Shown here one piece after another: positions 9,092 to 18,581 of a stretch of DNA of 64,000 nucleotides (the stretch's first letter is position 1; every line of letters starts with the position of its first letter). The stretch spans positions 62,001 through 126,000 of the forward strand of contig JANNQV010000017.1 in the NCBI GenBank assembly GCA_031400935.1. The letters run 5' to 3'. Both the position numbers and the translations under genes were made by a program. Under the pieces are notes generated by a model. The model worked only from the letters and a program-made list of their open reading frames with translations. It had not been told where the DNA came from and searched no databases. The stretch comes from Armatimonadota bacterium. Lineage in GTDB: Bacteria; Armatimonadota; Fimbriimonadia; Fimbriimonadales; Fimbriimonadaceae.

Positions 9092-11662
9092 TCACTTCGC
9101 CCCACTCCTCAATATCGCATTGAAAACCAGCTTAAAAGTCTGAGTTGGCTGGCCACGGAAGAGCACTTCGGGCCCGAAAAGCACAACCCTTCCCTTCCCC
9201 AGCGGAACATCGGCAATTGCGATTGTGTCTTTCAAAATCTCTTGCCCCCATGCCCAGCCAGAACGAAGCGGCTTGGCGGTATCGAATACTGCAACAGTGC
9301 TATCGGGAGGAGGAGTTGGGGTCGTCCACCGAAACGCAGGGCTGTTATCGAACATGGAGTCCACATAATCATTCAGACCCCGCGTAAGGCCGGAAGATAG
9401 TAATAACTGTATTCGAAGCACCGAGCCTGGAACATAGAATTTGGTGTTCGGAAGTCGGCGTGCCGTGCCATCTGGCCCGAGTTCAGTCAAGGCACTTTCT
9501 AAAGGCAATCCAAATGGCCTCAAAAGGTTCTGTGCCGAATCTCCGATCGCGATGATGTGTCCACCATTTTCTGCAAAAGTCTTCAATTCTGCAATCGCCT
9601 TCGCGTTCATGCTGCCCATTCGGGCTCGCCATTCGGCTGGAATGGTCTGATCGTTGCTTTGAGGTTCCCCGCCACCGCCAGGTCCTCCACCACCTTCACG
9701 AACTGCGCCTGGAATCGCGCCAGAAGGAAGCACAATTACATCAAATTTGTCCTTCAAATTGCCCTTCTCAAAGTCGGGCGGGAAGACAAGCTGAAAATCA
9801 AATCCAAATTGTTCGAAGACCCAGCGAGTCCAGCCGGAGGTCATCGAACCGCCGTAGCGATCCCAAAGTGCAATTCGAGGCTTGCCAACTTGCCTCGGAG
9901 TTGTTGGACCTGTGTGCAAGAATCCCCGTCCGGATGCACCATCGCCACGCAAAAATACTTCAGTTCCTGCGTGAAGGGCAGCATTTACTATCTTATAGCT
10001 GTCGAGATCGTGGAAACTTTGCCACTCAGTGAGATTTGCGAACGTAGTCACCCTTTGCCCGCCGATTACAGCCTTCGTTTCCAAACTCACTGGATCAAGA
10101 ACCCTCTCAAACTCGATCCCCATTTGAAACGCCAACGTGTACCCGGCATTGTCATAAGGCGGAATCGGTGGGCCGCCGGGAAACTGAAAGTCGTTCGGAT
10201 GGTCCTGAAACTCGAACATGTCCAATATTTGCGGCCGATAAGCCTGATTGCAGGGAATCACATATGACCCAGCCGGGCAGTTCTTGCCATTGACAGTTGC
10301 CGCCTGAGTGAGCTGCTCGACCTCGACGCCGCAATCCATCAGCCGGTCTACAAACCACCGCATCGAACCTGGATCGCGTTGATCTGCCGGCAAAACGTAC
10401 ATCCGGGCATCGCGCAGTTCTGGCTTCTTGATCGCATCGGCTCCCAACGCCATAACTCGGCTCGAATATCGGGTCCAAGTGTCTTTGTTGCCTCGATCAA
10501 TGGCGTTCTTTGCGGCTTGATAGGTGTCCAGCAGCAGCCTTTCTCGATACCGTGAAGCAAAATCCAAAATCGCATAGTTCGCCTCAACCTCATAGCGCAG
10601 AGAATCGCGCAGATGCCATTCGCCGGGCTCGACAGGCTTCGGAATATCGGTCGTCGGCACCTGGCGATTGTTCAAGAATGGAATCATCGTTGGGTTTGGC
10701 GAACCAAAAGTCTCCGTCAGAATCCCGATCATGTTGTGATAGTAGGTCGTCGTTCTCAGGCCGCCGTTCCACCAGGTCGAATAGTTCGCTGCGTTCCGCA
10801 TCACGGTTCCGCCAAGCCCTTGCACGATCAGCCGTGTGTGCATGTGCATCGCGACCGTATCCGTGGCGACCTGAATGATCGGATCCACATGATAGCTGAA
10901 CGGATTCCGGAATGGCGGGATGAACATAACCGTCCCCGCAGGAGCAGATTGATGGTGGTTGTACAGAATCTGCGGCGACCATTCTTTGTAGAGAATCCGG
11001 TTCATATTCCGCGTTTCGCTCATGTTGTTGGCGTAAAAATCGCGGTTGTTGTCGTGCCCGATGTACTTTTGATACAGCCTCGGAACGCCAGCCAAAGACC
11101 GAGTTTTCGGGTCGGTTTTGCGCATGTACCAATTCGAAACCAGGTCCATTCCATCGGGGTTGGCATGGACGACCAAGATGATCACGTCCTTCAAAATGCG
11201 CTTGTTCTCAGGGTCATTTCGGCTCACCAGCTGATAAGTGGTTTCTAAAAGCTGCTGCGCGCCGAGCACTTCTGTCGCATGCAGCCCGCCATCGATCCAC
11301 ACTACGGTCTTCGCGGTTTTGGCGAGCTTTTCAGCATCCAAATTGTCTTTGAAATCTCGCGCCATAGCGAACTTGCGGCTAGTGGTTCGGTGCTTTTGAA
11401 GGCTCTTCAGGTTCGCCGGATCGCTGATGATCGCCATGTACTGCTCCCTGCCCTCTTCCGTCTTGCCGATGGACTGCAGCATCATGCGGCTGGATTCCTT
11501 GTCGAGCTTTTGCCAATAGGCGGTGAGCTGTTCGTAGTTCGCAAGCCAATAGTCTTCGCAAACCTCATGCCCGAAGAACTGTTTGGGAGTTGTGACTTGG
11601 GCTTGGGCTGAAACGACAAATGCAGCGAGAGCGAGGAGGGGCAATGTACGGCGGAGAACCAT
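9092..11662 (-). CDS. M14 family zinc carboxypeptidase with C-terminal domain
   Basis: Signal peptide from ATG 11662; GLHATE (HxxE), ANPDG, DNNRDF, NHHQ. Confidence 0.88.
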   Translation of the reverse strand: MVLRRTLPLLALAAFVVSAQAQVTTPKQFFGHEVCEDYWLANYEQLTAYWQKLDKESSRMMLQSIGKTEEGREQYMAIISDPANLKSLQKHRTTSRKFAMARDFKDNLDAEKLAKTAKTVVWIDGGLHATEVLGAQQLLETTYQLVSRNDPENKRILKDVIILVVHANPDGMDLVSNWYMRKTDPKTRSLAGVPRLYQKYIGHDNNRDFYANNMSETRNMNRILYKEWSPQILYNHHQSAPAGTVMFIPPFRNPFSYHVDPIIQVATDTVAMHMHTRLIVQGLGGTVMRNAANYSTWWNGGLRTTTYYHNMIGILTETFGSPNPTMIPFLNNRQVPTTDIPKPVEPGEWHLRDSLRYEVEANYAILDFASRYRERLLLDTYQAAKNAIDRGNKDTWTRYSSRVMALGADAIKKPELRDARMYVLPADQRDPGSMRWFVDRLMDCGVEVEQLTQAATVNGKNCPAGSYVIPCNQAYRPQILDMFEFQDHPNDFQFPGGPPIPPYDNAGYTLAFQMGIEFERVLDPVSLETKAVIGGQRVTTFANLTEWQSFHDLDSYKIVNAALHAGTEVFLRGDGASGRGFLHTGPTTPRQVGKPRIALWDRYGGSMTSGWTRWVFEQFGFDFQLVFPPDFEKGNLKDKFDVIVLPSGAIPGAVREGGGGPGGGGEPQSNDQTIPAEWRARMGSMNAKAIAELKTFAENGGHIIAIGDSAQNLLRPFGLPLESALTELGPDGTARRLPNTKFYVPGSVLRIQLLLSSGLTRGLNDYVDSMFDNSPAFRWTTPTPPPDSTVAVFDTAKPLRSGWAWGQEILKDTIAIADVPLGKGRVVLFGPEVLFRGQPTQTFKLVFNAILRSGAK

Positions 11663-11763
11663 AGGAGTAAGTTCGGCGAGGGAGGGCTGGATTCCTGCCG
11701 GTTGTGTGGACACATTGTGCGTACTGATCCTGGTGTAGAGCGAGAGTAGGTTCAATATGTTGA

Positions 11764-13275
11764 CTAACGCGGCACAAATGACTTCCACGGCATGAATGCC
11801 TCACCGTAAAATGCTAGGTAGCGAAGTTTTGCGGCGACCAGGTCTCGAAACGACACATCACCGGAAAGGCAAGCTTCGAAGTCATCCACGTCCATAAGCA
11901 ACACATTTTTCGACGGATTTCGCTTTAGTCCATCTTCAACGTGCTTTGACCAGCCGGACATTGAAATTAAGAGACCAAACACCGTGCTGCCACCACGCTG
12001 GGCTTTCATAGACAGGACGTCGCAAGTTGCGAGGTCTTGTTCCTCTTTATGCCATTTGCATTCGGCAATGAATAGGTGCGAATCCAATTGAAACGCTCCG
12101 TCAATTTGCTCAGAGCGGCCGTGCCTATCAAAACTCTTTTCCGCATAAATAGCTTCGATCCTCAATAATTCGTTTAGGATCTTTTCAAGTTTGATACCTC
12201 GCGGAATCGGTTTCAATTTTTTTGCATCATCGTACATTCTCACTAACTTCGACCTTGCATCGGATCTGAGCGAACCTAGTGATGGGTCCGCCTTTACCGC
12301 AATGTCGATAAGACGCCGAAAGCAAGGTGAATCTGGACCAACAATTGAACGTATATATGCCAAGTGGCCAAGCGCAACGAGCCGAAATTGACCTAGATGA
12401 GAAGGATAACGATGTTTCTTATCATATTTAGCGTGAAACACTTGCTCAGCATTCTTCTCGCCATATTTGTCCCAAGCATGAAGCATTCCCCTAACTTTTG
12501 CTTCATATTCTCTTTTCACATTGACTTTGCTGTTAACTACTAGGCCTGTAACTACCTGTCGTTGATACCACGTCCGAAGGCGAGTCTTGCTTTCGTTTAC
12601 CTTAAACCCTTCCTTTAAGATTATGCCAACCAACAATTCACTTAGCTCTATTTCTGGTTGAAGAGTTGCGATAAACTCGTGACCAAATGGGCGGTTGCTT
12701 GAAAACGTAATGTCATCGGCATATCGAGAATAGCGACAACCTCTCCTACTAGCAAGGTTCTGCAATAATTTGTCAAGCCTGAAGCAAATTGCATTGGAAA
12801 TAATTGGCGAAGTTGGAGCTCCTTGTGGCAAAACACCAAGATTGCAACAAATCCGAGCCATGACGCGTGCTGCATCTGTATCTAAATTAAAGGGTTGACT
12901 CTGCAATAGACCAATCACCCGTTGCAAAGTGATGGTTGGGAAAAAGTTTGCTAAGTCAAGATTCAGCACGAAGCGCCTTCCCACATGCCGAACAGCGTTT
13001 TTATGTATGCCTCCACCTTTAATGAACCCGCATGTAGAATTCCTTGGTTCATATCGATTCTCAAGGAAAACTAACAATCGCCTTTGAAGCTGCTTTAGCG
13101 TCTTATCGGGGGCAAAGATCTCGCGGGATTTACCTTTCGCCTTAATGTTAAAACTAACGTACTTGCTCGCCGGCGAACGCGCCGCATGGTACCGAAGGTT
13201 CTTTTCCGAAGTGCTCAGTTCAGTAGCAACGTCAGCTACAGTTAGTTGAGAAATTGGGGCAACTTTGGAGAACAT
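11764..13275 (-). CDS. Retron reverse transcriptase fused to a C-terminal Mrr-like PD-(D/E)xK restriction endonuclease
   Basis: Retron region X NAVRH, LDLANFF, LPQGAPTSP, YADD, region Y VTGLVV; C-terminal RGIKLE..EQIDG..ECKW..GLLISMSGW. Confidence 0.92.
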   Translation of the reverse strand: MFSKVAPISQLTVADVATELSTSEKNLRYHAARSPASKYVSFNIKAKGKSREIFAPDKTLKQLQRRLLVFLENRYEPRNSTCGFIKGGGIHKNAVRHVGRRFVLNLDLANFFPTITLQRVIGLLQSQPFNLDTDAARVMARICCNLGVLPQGAPTSPIISNAICFRLDKLLQNLASRRGCRYSRYADDITFSSNRPFGHEFIATLQPEIELSELLVGIILKEGFKVNESKTRLRTWYQRQVVTGLVVNSKVNVKREYEAKVRGMLHAWDKYGEKNAEQVFHAKYDKKHRYPSHLGQFRLVALGHLAYIRSIVGPDSPCFRRLIDIAVKADPSLGSLRSDARSKLVRMYDDAKKLKPIPRGIKLEKILNELLRIEAIYAEKSFDRHGRSEQIDGAFQLDSHLFIAECKWHKEEQDLATCDVLSMKAQRGGSTVFGLLISMSGWSKHVEDGLKRNPSKNVLLMDVDDFEACLSGDVSFRDLVAAKLRYLAFYGEAFMPWKSFVPR

Positions 13276-13285
13276 ATCGTATAGT

Positions 13286-13391
13286 GGAGCCGTTCATCTT
13301 TGCGCAAGCCGATGCATAGCGCACAGCAATCTGCCGGATGTACCCTTGTTCAATATCGACGCAGTATCTGCGTCCTCAAGCAACGGCTCCG
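13286..13391 (-). ncRNA. Retron msr-msd ncRNA
   Basis: Perfect 9-bp inverted repeat ggagccgtt (13286-13294)/aacggctcc (13382-13390); G opposite G just inside the stem; 7-bp hairpin 13358-13374; ends 10 nt before the RT ATG. Confidence 0.8.
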
Positions 13392-13396
13392 GTCCG

Positions 13397-13440
13397 ATCT
13401 TACCCATTTCTCGATCAGACGTCAGCTCACAAAAAAAATT
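13397..13440 (-). promoter_or_regulatory. sigma70-type promoter of the retron
   Basis: -35 CTGACG (13425-13420), 17-nt spacer, -10 TAAGAT (13402-13397), upstream A/T tract; predicted start at the 5' arm of the ncRNA. Confidence 0.65.
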
Positions 13441-13474
13441 GGCAATAAATTAAGAGCTTGCTTTTTCTTACCTT

Positions 13475-14041
13475 CTATACCAGGACGAATCGCTTTGGTT
13501 GTTCGAGCACACCAAGGTCTTGAATCGTATCTCGAATTGACATTTCGAAATAGCGAACATAACTGGGAAAGTTGCCCCGAATCAAGGTCTCCATCGTTCG
13601 AGCGTCACCTTCCGATCTGAAGCAAAGAATCGCCCCTAAACGCCACGGCCCGTTTCCTTTAGTTGCAACAGCACCACGCCCCAAATTGTGCTGCCTTATA
13701 CGTTTCGACACATCGTTCGAATACCCAACATACACGAGTCCTTCACTATTCACAATTACGTATACACAGAAAAGTCGCCCAATTACTGAATCTCCGTTGA
13801 TCTCTTTTCGAACCGTCTGCACTCCGAAATACTCGCCGTCAGGACTTTTGCTCGGCGTGGCCTTGATGTTCGGATCGGTATTGAAAAATGCAAGCGCATT
13901 CTTCTGTAATCTCGCCAAAATTGCAGATTGGCTCCGCCCAAAAGTGCACGAAAGCTCGCAAACGGAAGCTCCACGCCGATACATTTGAACTAGGTTTCTC
14001 TCTTCCCCTGAGGACCATGGCACATAAGCTCGGTCATTCAT
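13475..14041 (-). CDS. GIY-YIG nuclease with N-terminal HTH-like domain
   Basis: VYVI..LVYVGYS..KRIRQHN..TK..PW; N-terminal PWSSGEE..FGRS..AILARL. Confidence 0.85.
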   Translation of the reverse strand: MNDRAYVPWSSGEERNLVQMYRRGASVCELSCTFGRSQSAILARLQKNALAFFNTDPNIKATPSKSPDGEYFGVQTVRKEINGDSVIGRLFCVYVIVNSEGLVYVGYSNDVSKRIRQHNLGRGAVATKGNGPWRLGAILCFRSEGDARTMETLIRGNFPSYVRYFEMSIRDTIQDLGVLEQPKRFVLV

Positions 14042-14055
14042 TGTCTTGCCTGAAA

Positions 14056-15267
14056 CTAATGAGCCTTCCCCGCGTTTGCAGCTTTATAAGCATCTGCAAA
14101 GATTTTCACTTGCGCCATCACACCGTCTCGAATCTCGGCATACTTACTAAGAGATGCTCCAAACAATCCATACGTGCCGGTATCCCACACTTTTGCGGAC
14201 TCATATCTTCCTGGGAAGATAAAAACTCCGCGCTGAACGGCAACTTCTATCTTGTAAAAGGTCGTGCCAAGGCTGTTCTCCATTGCACCTACCCGGACAT
14301 ACAAGAGAGTACTTAGGAGGTCATTTCTTCTTAAGACCTCAATCTCCGTAGTGCCCTTGTCATTTCGAAATGCCTCGGTCTGCTTCGTGCTTTCAATAGA
14401 CGTCATTCCTGACCGTTCTAGGGCTTCCTTAACCCACCCTTCAACAGATGACTCTGAGAAACTCACTTTGATTGAACTTGGCAAGTCCTCGACAAGAACG
14501 CGTATTGGACCTAGTTTTTCAAGCACGCTGATCTCTACGGGAAGTGTGCCAATGGTCGGATTCGCAAGTATAGATGTGGTATTTGTGTTGGGTCTGTTTT
14601 CTGTTGATTTAGCGGAGCCACCGGATCCCAAAATGCTGATCGGCACTCCGTTAACACCCTTAAGCTCTTTCGAACTCACTGCAAAGTTGAGTCCTTGGCT
14701 CCCTTCTACACCTGATGTGACCATACCAATCACATCCCCCATCAGGTTCAAAACTGGGCTACCGCTACTTCCATGATCTACTGCCGCAGAGAGCTGTAAG
14801 ATGTTTCCGGACTTGATTGTGCGCTTTGCAGAAACCATGCCTTCTGTAAGCGTTCCTTCCAAACCCAGCGGACTTCCAATTACTAAAATCGTTTCGCCAA
14901 CTTTGGAACTAGCATAATCACCCAATTTGGGGCCCAACTCACGCTGTTGCCAGCCTTGATAGGCTTCGGTCAGCAGGATAGCAATGTCATTAGCGATGTC
15001 CACGTCCTTTACCCAAAGTGCTCGGACTTCCTTGCCGTCAGAGAACTTCACAGAAACAGACTTGGAACCTTCGATTACATGATAGGCTGTGTAGAGATCA
15101 CCTTTTGAGTCGAAGAATCCTGTCCCTCGGGAGCTTTCGGTGACAATCTGAACTACTGACTTACTATACTTCTCATAAATGTCCTTCGCAGTTAAGGTCT
15201 TTGTTGCTTGTTGAAATGGAACCAAGTTCGTTGAAAACAAGCATATTATGGGGACAAGACAAGTCAT
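14056..15267 (-). CDS. Trypsin-like (S1C) serine protease, exported
   Basis: GTGFF, TAYHV, DIAIL, GSSGSP; start placed at ATG 15267 after a TATACT box. Confidence 0.88.
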   Translation of the reverse strand: MTCLVPIICLFSTNLVPFQQATKTLTAKDIYEKYSKSVVQIVTESSRGTGFFDSKGDLYTAYHVIEGSKSVSVKFSDGKEVRALWVKDVDIANDIAILLTEAYQGWQQRELGPKLGDYASSKVGETILVIGSPLGLEGTLTEGMVSAKRTIKSGNILQLSAAVDHGSSGSPVLNLMGDVIGMVTSGVEGSQGLNFAVSSKELKGVNGVPISILGSGGSAKSTENRPNTNTTSILANPTIGTLPVEISVLEKLGPIRVLVEDLPSSIKVSFSESSVEGWVKEALERSGMTSIESTKQTEAFRNDKGTTEIEVLRRNDLLSTLLYVRVGAMENSLGTTFYKIEVAVQRGVFIFPGRYESAKVWDTGTYGLFGASLSKYAEIRDGVMAQVKIFADAYKAANAGKAH

Positions 15268-15328
15268 GCCCAAGTATAGCGATAATTGCGTGAAAGTTCA
15301 ATTGAAACAACTTGGAATGGTCGTCATT

Positions 15329-16159
15329 CTATGAATTTCTGATATGGGTTCCTTTTGTGCCTTCCTGAATCTTGAACGTCCCAATCCTCTCTTTCCCCGG
15401 GCTGAACACCCTCAACTCAAACTGTTTGGCGGGCAGCGATTCAATCGGAATCTCCACCCAATACCACCGGCTGTGAAAATCGCCAAACAGCCCTTCAAAC
15501 CCCTTCGGATCGGGAGCTAGAAATTCGTGAGCCATTGCCTCGGCGATTGGGGAGCGCTGATGCCATGGAAACGGTTCGACATCGCTCTTTTCTCGCCCTC
15601 GAAGTTCTGCGAGAAGATAGGCATGTGGGGCAACTCCCTTAACTTCCCAATCCGAACTGATCTTGCGCTTGAAGAACGGATTTGCTTTGACCAAATAGCC
15701 CTGAGATTCGCGGCGCGGAAGCTCCTTGCCATCCATTGTGATAAGAAATCGAATCTGATCAATTGCGAAAAGTTCTGGCTTTTCGCCATCTTCATCCAGT
15801 AATTTTCGCTTGGGATATGCGGAAAGGCGCACGATTAGGGTGATCTTTCCATCCAGAATCTGGCTGGTTGCGTTCCAGCGTTCTGCCCTTTGCTCTGCTG
15901 ACCATTTCTCTTTAGCGGCTAAGTATCCGTTCCATCGTGCCATCAACGCTGGGGAGAGCCAGATCGCCTCTTCTGTTGCGTGATGCCGGGTTCCATCGAA
16001 CCAGTTTCCGATCACCTGCCGATCTTCCATCCAGCATCTTTCGACGCCTTTGCCTTTGACAAAAACTTCGACCCCGCGCTTGAACTGAGCAGGATCAGGC
16101 GTATCGCCAAATCGCAAAGAATTGAGCACCAAGAAGCTCAGAGGGATTGTGAACACCAT
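15329..16159 (-). CDS. Hypothetical exported protein
   Basis: 276-aa ORF with hydrophobic N-terminus, divergent from pyrC. Confidence 0.6.
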   Translation of the reverse strand: MVFTIPLSFLVLNSLRFGDTPDPAQFKRGVEVFVKGKGVERCWMEDRQVIGNWFDGTRHHATEEAIWLSPALMARWNGYLAAKEKWSAEQRAERWNATSQILDGKITLIVRLSAYPKRKLLDEDGEKPELFAIDQIRFLITMDGKELPRRESQGYLVKANPFFKRKISSDWEVKGVAPHAYLLAELRGREKSDVEPFPWHQRSPIAEAMAHEFLAPDPKGFEGLFGDFHSRWYWVEIPIESLPAKQFELRVFSPGKERIGTFKIQEGTKGTHIRNS

Positions 16160-16192
16160 GCAAGATTGATTATCGGAAGATAGAATGAAGCT

Positions 16193-17521
16193 ATGCAGTT
16201 CGATTTGGTGCTTGCGGGCGGGGAAATTGTCGCGGAAGGGCGCGTCGAGGTTGCCGACATTGGCATCATCGAAGGCTCGATTGCAGCAATCGGTGACCTG
16301 CGAAATGCGCCAACTTCAGAGTTAGTTGATCTTAGTGGGCTCACTGTTTTGCCGGGGCTGATAGATACGCAGGTTCATTTTCGCGAACCTGGAATGACGC
16401 ATAAGGAAGACATCGAGTCAGGAACTCGCGCTGCAATTGCAGGGGGCGTGACAACCGTTTTGGAGATGCCAAACACGATTCCGCCAACAACAACCGCTTC
16501 CGCTTTGCGGGATAAATTGGAACGGGCAACAAGTGGTGCATGGTGCAATATTGGCTTTTTTGTCGGGGCTGCTTTAGACAATTTGGAGCTGCTTTCTGAA
16601 CTCGAAAATCTTCCTGGAACGCCGGGAGTAAAGCTGTTCATGGGTAGTTCAACTGGCCCGCTACTGGTTGGCGATGACGAAGCCGTCAGAAAGGTATTGC
16701 AGAACGGACGAAAGCGGATGCCGGTTCATTCTGAGGATTCGTTTCGGCTAGAAGAACGCAAGAAATTGATTTCGACAAATCCTTCCGTTCACGAGCATCC
16801 CTATCTAAGAGATGCTGAGTGCGCCAGGCTTTGCACCGAGCGGTTGCTTCGTCTTTCATTGGAAACCGGGCGGCCTGTTCATGTGCTTCACGTTTCTACT
16901 CTGGAAGAGATTCCGCTCATTTCCGAGGCTCGGAAGATGGGGATTGACGTGACAACTGAAGTCACTCCACAGCATCTTTGGTTTTCTTCTCCCGAATGTT
17001 ATGATCAGCTTGGAACTCTGGCTCAAATGAACCCGCCGATACGCGGTATCGAGCATCGAGATGCACTTCGGCAAGCACTGAAGGACGGTTTCTTCACCGT
17101 GTTTGGAAGCGATCACGCCCCACATACATTGGAAGAAAAAGTGCTTCCCTACCCCCAAAGCCCAAGCGGAATGCCAGGGGTTCAGACGCTATTCTCGGCT
17201 CTCTGGACACTTGGGGTTCACAATGAGCTTTTTGATATACGCAAGTTCGTAGAGATGGCTTGCTCTCGTCCTGCTACGCTGTATGGAATTCAGAATAAAG
17301 GGGAGATTCGTGTCAGTTTTGATGCTGATTTTGCCATCGTGGATCTCAAATCAGAGTACGTCTTTGAACGTTCCATGGTGCAGTCGAAGTGCGGCTGGTC
17401 GCCATTTGAAGGGGCGCGGTTTGTGGGAAAAAATGTGCATACCCTTGTTGATGGAAAGTTTGTACTTCGAGACTGTCGAATCTCCGGATCGGCATGTGGT
17501 TCGATTCCGAAATTTGTTTGA
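16193..17521 (+). CDS. pyrC: Dihydroorotase (amidohydrolase family)
   Basis: PGLID.QVHFREPG, MPNT, HVLHVS, EVTPQHL, MNPP, SDHAPH. Confidence 0.85.
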   Translation: MQFDLVLAGGEIVAEGRVEVADIGIIEGSIAAIGDLRNAPTSELVDLSGLTVLPGLIDTQVHFREPGMTHKEDIESGTRAAIAGGVTTVLEMPNTIPPTTTASALRDKLERATSGAWCNIGFFVGAALDNLELLSELENLPGTPGVKLFMGSSTGPLLVGDDEAVRKVLQNGRKRMPVHSEDSFRLEERKKLISTNPSVHEHPYLRDAECARLCTERLLRLSLETGRPVHVLHVSTLEEIPLISEARKMGIDVTTEVTPQHLWFSSPECYDQLGTLAQMNPPIRGIEHRDALRQALKDGFFTVFGSDHAPHTLEEKVLPYPQSPSGMPGVQTLFSALWTLGVHNELFDIRKFVEMACSRPATLYGIQNKGEIRVSFDADFAIVDLKSEYVFERSMVQSKCGWSPFEGARFVGKNVHTLVDGKFVLRDCRISGSACGSIPKFV

Positions 17522-17526
17522 ATTTG

Positions 17527-17570
17527 CACGGACTGAGCGTCCGTGGACCTTGTGCGGGCTGAGTGCCCGC
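17527..17570. repeat. Tandem pair of short REP-like hairpins
   Basis: cacggac-tgagc-gtccgtg and gcgggc-tgagt-gcccgc share the TGAG(C/T) loop. Confidence 0.6.
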
Positions 17571-17627
17571 GCTTCCTTGAAAGATCAAATTGAAACTTCC
17601 TTACCTTGAAACTCGTTTCTTGATTCA

Positions 17628-18581
17628 ATGCCGACCGAAGCCCCTATTTCCAAAAAAATTGATGCGCCTGGCGTTTCTGTGATTGTCGTCAGCTTCAACA
17701 CGTGTCCCGAACTCGAAACCACCCTCTCTAGAATCGAATCACACCATGAAGTCATCGTCGTAGATAACGCTTCTTCTGACGGCTCAGCAAAAATGGTTCG
17801 AGAAAAATTTCCAAACATAAAACTCATTGAGGCAGGAAACAACCTCGGATTTGGTGCCGCAAACAACGTTGGATTAAGGCATGCAACCCATCCGCTAACC
17901 CTGTTTCTAAACTCTGACTGCTACCCTTTTGAAGGTGCAATTGACAATTTAGCCCTTGCTTTTGAAAATCCAGAAATTGTAGTTGCAGGTGGCGCCCTAT
18001 TTCATCCGAACGGGAAACTGCAAAACTCAGCGGCAAACATGCTCAATCTTTGGCATGTTTTTCTGGAACAGTCGTTGCTCGAAAAGCTCATTGGAGGCTA
18101 TTGGGTCAAGCCAATGCAAGATTCGACAACTTTGGAAGAGGTGGGCCAAGTAATGGGAGCCTGCATGATGATTCGCACAGGTTCTGCCAAGTTCGACGAG
18201 TCATTTTTCTTATATTGCGAAGATACAGAACTGGAAAACCGTTTGAAAAAAGAAACGGGTCGAAAAATCGTTTATGTCCCGAAAGCCATGTTCACCCACG
18301 AACTCGGAGCCAGTTCAAAAGGGGCAGATCGCTGGGTTGCCGTTGCACGATACAATCGCGGTAAAGAGCTTTATTTCAGAATCCATTTCGGCATTTTTCA
18401 AGCTTGGATCTGCTGGTGGATGAACCGATTTGGTGCATTACTACGCTTGGGAATTTGGTCGTTGCTTTCGCTCGTTACTCTGTTTCAAATGAAGAGTATT
18501 TCTGACCAGATTGGGCTCTGGGGGAACGTGGTTACAGCGCCTCTTTCGGGGCCGCCTCGTCCGACTCGTACCGAGCCATGA
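17628..18581 (+). CDS. Glycosyltransferase family 2
   Basis: VIVVDNASSDGS, NLGFGAANN, LFLNSD, FFLYCEDTE. Confidence 0.92.
   Translation: MPTEAPISKKIDAPGVSVIVVSFNTCPELETTLSRIESHHEVIVVDNASSDGSAKMVREKFPNIKLIEAGNNLGFGAANNVGLRHATHPLTLFLNSDCYPFEGAIDNLALAFENPEIVVAGGALFHPNGKLQNSAANMLNLWHVFLEQSLLEKLIGGYWVKPMQDSTTLEEVGQVMGACMMIRTGSAKFDESFFLYCEDTELENRLKKETGRKIVYVPKAMFTHELGASSKGADRWVAVARYNRGKELYFRIHFGIFQAWICWWMNRFGALLRLGIWSLLSLVTLFQMKSISDQIGLWGNVVTAPLSGPPRPTRTEP

Noticed and set aside
9557..11248. Long antisense ORFs (9557-10267, 10613-11248; likewise 32959-33666 and 40437-41177)
   Set aside because: They are shadows of well-supported genes on the opposite strand and have no recognisable motifs.
14056..15267. 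Trypsin-like protease as the retron effector
   Set aside because: It appears exported, has its own -10 box, is separated by another gene, and the RT already carries a fused effector.
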